A stretch of 5,927 nt of DNA from Raphidiopsis brookii D9. GTDB taxonomy: Bacteria; Cyanobacteriota; Cyanobacteriia; Cyanobacteriales; Nostocaceae. The stretch is from NCBI GenBank assembly GCA_000175855.1, contig ACYB01000028.1, positions 1 through 5,927 on the forward strand, given 5' to 3'. A model generated the notes under the pieces. That model was not told the origin of the DNA and searched no databases. It was given only the letters and a program-made list of their open reading frames with translations. Made by a program: the position numbers and the translations under genes. Shown piece after piece: positions 1 through 5,927 of this stretch. Every line of letters starts with the position of its first letter. Within the stretch, counting starts at the first letter, position 1.

Positions 1-745
1 CCGGTGGTAGTTTATCAACTAAACCTATTAGTAATTCGGTGCGATACTTTTCATCCTGAATTTGTCTAGCAATAGAGAGAGCTTCTGGTAATACTGAGGG
101 CAGTTTATCAGCTAAATCTATTAGTGCATAAGTGCGCCTGTATTCATCCTGAATTTGCCTGGCACTAGAAAGCGCCTCTGAAAGCACTGATTCTTGCAGA
201 TCATTTGGTAAATAGTCAACTAAACTTGTAAGTAAATGCGCTTTTACTGTGAGATCTGAGCTTTGTAAAATATGAGAAAGCGTTTGTTCAGGTGTCCAAA
301 TATTTTCTCTCACTAGGGCAATTAGTAATTTTGCCGGTAAGTTCGCTACTAGGCTATTCATGGATGTAATAATTAGGGCATAGCGACATTGCCATCCCAC
401 AACTTCACTGGGGTTGGTTTTATTCCAGGACTCTTCTGCTAATCCCCATGCCCGACGTACATCATTGATAAAGATAGCTATTTTTCCTGTCCGATTACAA
501 GTTTCATACCAACCGTTGTTTCCATCTGGGGTTTCCTCTTGTAATAGTTTATGTATGTCTGTATTTTGGTTGCCTTTTTGAAAATGCCAGGTTAAATGGG
601 CATTGATATACCCATCTTCGGGTAATGTGTGCCATTTTCCTGAATCGATTTTTTCTTCGTACCGCTTTAATAATTCTCTATGAGCATCTATTATGTTTAA
701 TCCTAATCCTGGCAGTTTTTCTGGTTGTTTAGGATTTTCTCTGCT
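1..745 (-). CDS. Out-of-frame C-terminal continuation of the HEPN-NB-ARC protein, with helical repeats; runs off the window edge (gene possibly a frameshifted pseudogene)
   Basis: Manual translation of the minus strand in the -1 frame relative to 703..2280 is open to position 1: ...ENPKQPEKLPGLGLNIIDAHRELLKRYEEKIDSGKWHTLPEDGYINAHLTWHFQKGNQNTDIHKLLQEETPDGNNGWYETCNRTGKIAIFINDVRRAWGLAEES...SEALSSARQIQDEYRRTYALIDLADKLPSVLPEALSIARQIQDEKYRTELLIGLVDKLPP. The LPGLGL...LPEDGY...HLTWH pattern is the usual continuation after NB-ARC in cyanobacterial proteins of this type. The upstream boundary is approximate. Confidence 0.78.
2..250 (-). repeat. In-frame tandem protein repeats, about 31 aa (93 bp) period, consensus-like LPEALSIARQIQDExxRxxLLIxLxDKLP
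   Basis: Identical 14-mer TCATCCTGAATTTG at 51-64 and 144-157, exactly 93 bp apart. Translated units: SEALSSARQIQDEYRRTYALIDLADKLP and PEALSIARQIQDEKYRTELLIGLVDKLP. A more divergent unit precedes them (HLLTSLVDYLPNDLQESVL). Confidence 0.75.
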
Positions 746-2280
746 GTAATTAATTTTGTTGCTAGGTCGTGTAAAAGGTCATGTATTCTGTAGGTTGGTT
801 TCTCCTTAAATTCAATTTTTCCCCTTTGTAATAATGACTTAGATGCAATTCTCCTTAATATCCGATAGGCTTTTTCAGGATTAACTCCCCACAGTGTTGC
901 TGCCATTTTATGGGTAATCACTACGTCTTCCGGTAAAATTCCAAACCAAATAAATTGTTTTAATTCTTCTTGTGTTAAGGATTTTAAGCTGAGGTTAAAA
1001 CAGGCTTCTAGGGAATATTTTTTACGTTTCTCCTCATTAGAAGTAGAATTTTCTATATCTAGGTACTCTAGTCTAGCGATTTCCTCTGTTAGATAGTCTA
1101 ATAATTCTTGCCAGGTACTGTCATTAGCAATTTGACAGGCTACTAATTCTAATGCTAAAGGTAGGTAGCCAACTTTTTTCGCTAATTGTTTAGCCAGATC
1201 TTGTTCTGATGGTTTTAGATCTGTTTGCAGGTGACTTTTGAGAAGTTCTAGGGATTCGCTTTCTGTCATTACACCTAGTTCATATCGATTTGCACCGGAG
1301 ATAAAGACTTGTCTTGTTGTTACTATTACTCGACAATTGTTACCACCCACCTGAAAATATTCAACGTGTTCTGACTCCCAAGCATCATCGACTACTATCA
1401 AGATTTTTTTGTTGTTAAGTAATGTTTGTAAATGCCTTTTAGCATCTTCTTCTTTTAGCGGTTTATAATTATAATCTCCTAATTCTTGAATCCAACTGTT
1501 TAATAATTGCAGACAGTCTGGTTCCTTACCCAAGGTTGCCCACAGGATTCCATCGCTAAAATATGTTTTTACATCCTCCTCATGAGCTATAGCAGCAGCT
1601 AAAGTTGATTTTCCAATACCTCCTAGTCCGAAAATACTGGTAATTAGTAAGGTTCCTTCTTCACTATGTTGGTTGAGTAATTTTTCTTTTAATTTTTCAT
1701 GGTGTATTGAACGTTTTACACAAAAACGCGGTAGGGAAGGTACTTGGTAGGGTTTTTTCAGGGTAATTCCATTATCTGGCTTCTTTTTTAAATTTGTACT
1801 TCTTTCTCCACATAGAGATGCAAAAGCAGCAGTTAAAACAGTAAAGCAAAGTTTTGCTGTATGCTTATCTGGTTTAAAGTTATGCTTTAGTTGTTCGTAT
1901 GGATGAATATAATTTCTAAAATCTCGTAAAGTGTGGCTATGTTTTTGAACATCAAGATCTATTAACCCTATGTCGAAAGCAACATCAATGAATTCGGCAA
2001 GAATCCAGTGTTGAAATCTCTTGACCTTAACTTTATCTTTATCTTTTGGTGCTTTGTTACATTTATTAAAAATTTCCGGATTTTCTTCCGCTGCTCCCCG
2101 CAAAACCCCTTCGAGTAAACTGCCACAAAGAAAAACTACGGATAAATAGCATTCTGAATCAAATACCTTTTTAGCTTCTATCCATCTATACTTTAGAAGC
2201 TCGAGTACAGACTCACTTACTGGAAGCTGATTCCAGCTCCAGTCGGTTTTTTCTGGAAATAATTCAGATTCGTTATTCAC
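703..2280 (-). CDS. STAND/NLR-like NTPase: N-terminal HEPN-like domain plus NB-ARC domain and winged-helix region; frame truncated by an apparent frameshift before the C-terminal repeats
   Basis: 525-aa ORF with GTG start at 2280. AAGGAG lies on the minus strand at 2296-2301, about 15 nt upstream. Walker A GLGGIGKST (aa 218-226), Walker B KKILIVVDDAW (aa 291-301), sensor-like CRVIVTTR, GLPL-like GYLPLALEL (aa 371-379), and the RIHDLLHDLA region typical of NB-ARC proteins. N-terminal helical region ends in SHTLRDFRNYIHP. Confidence 0.88.
   Translation of the reverse strand: MNNESELFPEKTDWSWNQLPVSESVLELLKYRWIEAKKVFDSECYLSVVFLCGSLLEGVLRGAAEENPEIFNKCNKAPKDKDKVKVKRFQHWILAEFIDVAFDIGLIDLDVQKHSHTLRDFRNYIHPYEQLKHNFKPDKHTAKLCFTVLTAAFASLCGERSTNLKKKPDNGITLKKPYQVPSLPRFCVKRSIHHEKLKEKLLNQHSEEGTLLITSIFGLGGIGKSTLAAAIAHEEDVKTYFSDGILWATLGKEPDCLQLLNSWIQELGDYNYKPLKEEDAKRHLQTLLNNKKILIVVDDAWESEHVEYFQVGGNNCRVIVTTRQVFISGANRYELGVMTESESLELLKSHLQTDLKPSEQDLAKQLAKKVGYLPLALELVACQIANDSTWQELLDYLTEEIARLEYLDIENSTSNEEKRKKYSLEACFNLSLKSLTQEELKQFIWFGILPEDVVITHKMAATLWGVNPEKAYRILRRIASKSLLQRGKIEFKEKPTYRIHDLLHDLATKLITAEKILNNQKNCQD
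1900..1926 (-). other. HEPN-like R-x6-H motif (RDFRNYIHP, aa 119-127) in the N-terminal domain of the NB-ARC protein
   Basis: Codons cga gat ttt aga aat tat att cat cca on the minus strand. Arg followed by six residues then His, near the end of a predicted all-helical domain. Confidence 0.55.
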
Positions 2281-2490
2281 TGTATTGGAAGTTAACTCCT
2301 TAATTTGTATTTGTTTATCATCTACACTACTCTAAGTATACTCGGGATAACTTTTTCTTGTGTTGATTTTGCTTTATCCCCATTAACAACTAACATGACG
2401 CACCAGAGAATTTTTATAAGTATAAATTATGTGTGTTGTTATTTTTAGTAATTAAATCTGTTCTTGATTAAGAGCGTAAAATTAGGAAAA

Positions 2491-2498
2491 GCGATCGC
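2491..2498. repeat. HIP1 octamer palindrome GCGATCGC
   Basis: Exact match. Confidence 0.9.
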
Positions 2499-2940
2499 AC
2501 GTAATCAAGAAAACGGGGCAAAACTCAGCAATAGGATAAAGTATGTTTTCCTACATTTTGTGTATAATCTGAGTTATGGTGGCTCTATAACAATAAAAAT
2601 AACTAAAGGTCAACTAATCCCACTATCTTTTAGTCAAGTTTCGTCAAGACAATTCTGTCCGTGGGATTGTTGACTTGAAAGTTTACTACCGTGGGTTTCG
2701 ATATGTCCGGTAAATGTTAAAAATGCTTCCGGAACAAACTGAAGATCTACCCTAGGATAGATGTGGAGATAACTTTTGATGTATTAAAGTGCTTTTGTTT
2801 ACATTTCATGTAAGGGTTTTGTGGAAGACTATAAATTTCTTCCACCAGCTAAAAATCACGAATCCCCTGACTCTTGTAGCTGTAGCTCAAGAGTACCAAG
2901 AAACAACATGTATTACCATTAAAAAAAAGGAAATGTTATT

Positions 2941-3471
2941 GTGAGAGTCTTGTTCATTTCTACCTTCCTTCTTTCCATAGGGATATTTAATCCAGCACTT
3001 GGTGGTTATAATTATGAGTTTGAGTATGATAGATTTAGTGATTCCAAGAAAGCTACTTTCCAGGCAAATATTGGCAGCGAGTGTAAATTACTTGTTTCTA
3101 AAAAGGGAGAACTGAGATATTGTAGTTTTTCTTACGAGGATCCAAATGAAGGAGGAGTTTACCCAGTGATAGCTGTAGGTACAAGCTCAGATGATTGGGA
3201 TATTACCGACAACGGAAAATCAACATTTTTAGATGATATAAATACCATAATTACCTATAATGATAACACAACATCCAGAGTAAAATTGAAGGCTTCGACC
3301 CTAGGAAAGGAGATAACTCAGTATAACATTTTTGCCGAGGTCGTCATGGTTCATCTTGGTCAAATTTTAGATGAGTTAACTAACATTAAGCAAATCGAAT
3401 TTAAATATGGTTCAAATGAGTATCTATTCATTATTGACCAAAAATTAACTAAAAAAGACACTGAACTTTGA
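2941..3471 (+). CDS. Hypothetical, probably exported small protein (signal-peptide-like N-terminus), family unknown
   Basis: 176-aa ORF with GTG start preceded by AAGGAAA at 2927-2933. N-terminus MRVLFISTFLLSIGIFNPALGG resembles a signal peptide. The mature part has two Cys (C48, C61). Confidence 0.65.
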   Translation: MRVLFISTFLLSIGIFNPALGGYNYEFEYDRFSDSKKATFQANIGSECKLLVSKKGELRYCSFSYEDPNEGGVYPVIAVGTSSDDWDITDNGKSTFLDDINTIITYNDNTTSRVKLKASTLGKEITQYNIFAEVVMVHLGQILDELTNIKQIEFKYGSNEYLFIIDQKLTKKDTEL

Positions 3472-3709
3472 AAAGTAGATTTTCCTTCTTATATTAGTGA
3501 GCTAGTGAGCCGAAATTATGTGTCAATTTCTCATCAATGCTTTTGAACTTGATGATTTCAAGTGTTATGGAATCCGGTTCTCCTAGTGAGTAGGTAAAAA
3601 AGTTGGAGATGCAGGGTTTACAGCTATTTTCATGTATTTAAACTACGAAATGAGGTAAACTATAATAAGAGTGATAAACTAAAATAGACTAAAAATATTG
3701 TTAAATTAT

Positions 3710-3988
3710 ATGCCAAAACCTTATTCAGTAGATTTGCGTAATCGTGTAATTGTAGCATGGGCGGCTCAAGAGGGATCTCAACGCCAGTTGGCAGACAGAT
3801 TTAAGGTTAGCTTGTCATTTGTGAGAAATTTAGTACGTCGTTATCGTGAAACTGGTCAGGTTGAGCCAAAGCAATGTGGAGGATACGAAAAGCCTATAAT
3901 TGAAGGACAATATTTAAACATGATCAAGGCTTGGATCGATGAGAAAAATGATTTACTACTTTCAGAATTATGCGATCGCCTTTCTTAA
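3710..3988 (+). pseudogene. Truncated IS630/Tc1-family transposase, N-terminal HTH part only
   Basis: MPKPYSVDLRNRVIVAWAAQEGSQRQLADRFKVSLSFVRNLVRRYRETGQVEPKQCGGYEKP... matches the canonical IS630-type N-terminal HTH layout. The likely start is ATG 3710 rather than TTG 3698. The ORF stops at 92 aa with no DDE catalytic region and no recognisable continuation downstream. Confidence 0.82.
3972..3979. repeat. HIP1 octamer palindrome GCGATCGC
   Basis: Exact match, inside the 3' end of the transposase remnant. Confidence 0.9.
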
Positions 3989-4010
3989 TTTCCTGGATCA
4001 GTATCCTTGA

Positions 4011-4385
4011 GCATTAGATAGTCTTTATCTTGATATCTTTGACCATGACCAGAAAAAAAGAACCACAGATTGTCTCCTGATAGAATTTATCGAAACTGAA
4101 GAAAGTTATACCTCTAAAAGTTCTTTTTTGGATAATGATATCCTACCTTCACTCGGCGAAAAACCTGAGGGGTGGGAACCATCTGGAAACCGTAGTGGTA
4201 GACTTTTCAAATCTGCTGCGATCGCTCTATGGAAAAGGGTTTTTAAAAAGTCATTTTGCAATTTACCACTGACTTTGAAAACGCCCTGGTTGAGATGGTG
4301 GGATAATCGAGGCAATTTGCTGTTGACGGGGAATGAGCGTGCTGAAGATGAGTGTCGGGGTTTTTACCATCCCCATCATAGATAG
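4011..4385 (+). pseudogene. Degraded fragment resembling the C-terminus of a cyanobacterial Uma2/DUF820-type protein
   Basis: Frame open from 4011 to the stop at 4385. The C-terminal TPWLRWWDNRGNLLLTGNERAEDE resembles the WLRWxDxxGNLLLTGxERAExE tail common in Uma2-family proteins. No N-terminal PD-(D/E)XK core is present. The listed TTG start at 4128 lies inside this frame and is unlikely to be a real start. Confidence 0.45.
4218..4225. repeat. HIP1 octamer palindrome GCGATCGC
   Basis: Exact match, inside the Uma2-like remnant. Confidence 0.9.
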
Positions 4386-4452
4386 GATATTCATCAGCGT
4401 GCGATCACAATTTCCACCCATTCCTCCTTATATCGATTACAAGTTGTTAAAT

Positions 4453-4460
4453 GCGATCGC
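4453..4460. repeat. HIP1 octamer palindrome GCGATCGC
   Basis: Exact match, just downstream of the TerD-TerD gene stop. Confidence 0.9.
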
Positions 4461-4474
4461 ACAGTTTTGGCTTG

Positions 4475-5668
4475 CTACATGTAATAATGTGCAATTTCCC
4501 GCAGTCCATTGATCTTAATACCATTACCTATTGCTGCTAACTTCCACTCCTCCTTATACCGATATATTTCTGCCATAATCATTCCAGTCATTCCTTTGTA
4601 TTCAATTCCCGATAGATTGTACCGAGCAAGTTCTTTGTTGTTAGCCATATCGACTAAGCGTACAAATGCATTTCTAACCTGACAAAAATCTTGTTCTCTT
4701 GCTACACAGTCATAGATATTAACCGTGAAAATTAGTTTGCTAATTTGTGATGGGACTAAGGGAAGATCAACAATGATTTGTTCATCGTCTCCCTCTCCTT
4801 CACCCGTTAAGTTATCTCCTAGGTGAGTAATTGCTCCTGATTTATGTGTGAGATTGCCAAAATAAACAATATTCCCAACGTCACTGATTTTTCCATTGTT
4901 GTCCAAACAGATTACTGAAGCATCCAGGTCGTAATTCTTTTTATTGGTGAACATACCCAATAACCCCCCTCCAGTTTGTTCTACCACATCCCAACCCAGT
5001 CCACAAATAATTTTCTTTAGTCCAGGAGCTTCTTTGGTGAGTGAAATACGTTGTCCTTTCTGTAAATTGATAGCCATAATTTGTACTTTCCTTAAGCTAT
5101 AACGATCTAGTAATGCTTTCAAACCTCCCTGATAACCCGCCCCTACTGCATTAAGAGACCATTCTCCATCTTTACGATATAACTCAGCCATAATTAGTGC
5201 AGTTTCAATAGAGTAATCTTCTGCTAGGTCATAACGTACAGCTTCTTGTTTGTTCTGAGCATTTACTATACGAATAAAAGCATTTTGTACTTGTCCAAAA
5301 TTTTGACGACGTTGCTGCGCTTCGTGAATTGTTACTGTAATAACAATCCTTTTGACCTCCTCAGGTACTTTTTTGAGGTTAATTTTAATAACTTCATCAT
5401 CTCCGTCTCCAAAACCCGTCAAGTTATCTCCCGTATGTTGGACTGACTTACCAGGATCTGGACTGACAAGATTATTATAAAAGATGAAATGATCATCTGA
5501 AATCAGTTTTTCATTAGCACCAAGTAAAAATACTGATGAGTCTAGATCAAAATCAAATCCCGTGTCAGTTGTTTTAACATCCCATCCCAATCCTACAAAT
5601 AGCTCTGACAATCCAGGTGCCACTTTTTCTAGTGATACTCTCTGACCTTTTGTTAATGAAACAGCCAT
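4475..5668 (-). CDS. Tandem TerD-domain protein (two complete TerD/CABP-type domains fused in one polypeptide), stress/tellurium-resistance family
   Basis: 397 aa, ATG start at 5668, AAGGAG on the minus strand at 5679-5684. Domain 1 (aa 1-197): MAVSLTKGQRVSL...GLGWDV...FDFDLDSSVFLL...HTGDNLTGFGDGDDE. Domain 2 (aa 198-397): MAINLQKGQRISL...GLGWDV...YDLDASVICLD...HLGDNLTGEGEGDDEQI. Confidence 0.93.
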   Translation of the reverse strand: MAVSLTKGQRVSLEKVAPGLSELFVGLGWDVKTTDTGFDFDLDSSVFLLGANEKLISDDHFIFYNNLVSPDPGKSVQHTGDNLTGFGDGDDEVIKINLKKVPEEVKRIVITVTIHEAQQRRQNFGQVQNAFIRIVNAQNKQEAVRYDLAEDYSIETALIMAELYRKDGEWSLNAVGAGYQGGLKALLDRYSLRKVQIMAINLQKGQRISLTKEAPGLKKIICGLGWDVVEQTGGGLLGMFTNKKNYDLDASVICLDNNGKISDVGNIVYFGNLTHKSGAITHLGDNLTGEGEGDDEQIIVDLPLVPSQISKLIFTVNIYDCVAREQDFCQVRNAFVRLVDMANNKELARYNLSGIEYKGMTGMIMAEIYRYKEEWKLAAIGNGIKINGLREIAHYYM

Positions 5669-5678
5669 ACAACATGTT

Positions 5679-5684
5679 CTCCTT
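5679..5684 (-). promoter_or_regulatory. Shine-Dalgarno sequence for the TerD-TerD gene (AAGGAG on the minus strand)
   Basis: Minus strand reads AAGGAGAACATGTTGT-ATG. Perfect AAGGAG, 10 nt from the start codon. Confidence 0.7.
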
Positions 5685-5927
5685 GTTGCTTTTTTAACTT
5701 ATGTGTAAAAAACTGTTTGACAAGTCCAGAGTTAAAACCTTCAATTGTTCAATTAAGTAAGTATGAATAAACAAGGTAAATCCGGAACTTCACCTAAGTG
5801 TTATTTAGGTGCTACTAACAATAAGTAATTAGATTATTTTTAAACATCTATCTTAGGGTGGATATTTTTAAGGAATTATGTAACATCTGTTCGGGATAAG
5901 CTGAAACTGTCTCCGTCTATTAAAGGC

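Larger units (their letters stand above)
3698..3988 (+). mobile_element. Remnant of an IS630-like insertion sequence (extent limited to the recognisable transposase part)
   Basis: Partial transposase as above. Terminal inverted repeats and TA target duplications could not be identified, so element limits are unknown. Confidence 0.55.

Noticed and set aside
1-250. CRISPR array or nucleotide satellite
   Set aside because: The 93-bp periodicity is in-frame protein repeat coding sequence with diverged bases throughout, not short identical repeats with unique spacers.
716-725. Programmed -1 ribosomal frameshift signal at CAG-AAA-AAC
   Set aside because: Not a canonical X-XXY-YYZ slippery heptamer, and no clear downstream stem-loop was seen. 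A simple one-base deletion explains the data better, though recoding is not excluded.
2464-2673. 69-aa plus-strand ORF with TTG start
   Set aside because: No recognisable domain, weak start, no convincing RBS, and it includes a HIP1 site (KAIAR-type translation). Probably non-coding.
2640-2700. Structured RNA candidate around the repeated CCGTGGG motifs (about 2660 and 2689)
   Set aside because: Only short imperfect arms (ACAAT/ATTGT) and short direct repeats; no covarying or recognised RNA family structure.
3471-3490. Rho-independent terminator after the 176-aa gene (GAAAA-GTAGA-TTTTC)
   Set aside because: Only a 5-bp AT-rich stem with no clean T-tract, too weak to call.
4106-4315. 69-aa minus-strand ORF (MPRLSHHLNQ...)
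   Set aside because: Antisense shadow of the Uma2-like remnant frame, with no family features of its own.
5246-5446. 66-aa plus-strand ORF
   Set aside because: Entirely antisense within the strongly supported TerD domain 1 coding sequence; low-complexity hydrophobic translation.
1-5927. tRNA, rRNA, retron ncRNA or reverse transcriptase
   Set aside because: No sequence resembling these was found by eye on either strand.

Overview
Cyanobacterial-looking window: four perfect HIP1 octamers (GCGATCGC) and cyanobacterial-style protein families. Supported content: (1) a minus-strand STAND/NLR-like gene (703..2280 and onward to the window start) with an N-terminal HEPN-like domain carrying an R-x6-H motif (RDFRNYIHP) and an NB-ARC NTPase core. 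Its conserved C-terminal region, including 31-aa helical repeats, continues in a different reading frame down to position 1, so there is a frameshift (mutation, sequencing error or recoding) around 716-790. (2) A short plus-strand gene for an orphan, probably exported, 176-aa protein. (3) A remnant of an IS630/Tc1-like transposase (N-terminal HTH only) next to a degraded ORF whose C-terminus resembles a Uma2/DUF820-type protein. (4) A minus-strand gene encoding two complete fused TerD domains. The second domain starts with an embedded Met and a Shine-Dalgarno-like sequence, suggesting fusion of two formerly adjacent genes. The best system-level candidate is the HEPN-NB-ARC-repeat protein as a bacterial NLR-like defence/abortive-infection effector. 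A functional link to the TerD-TerD protein is speculative.
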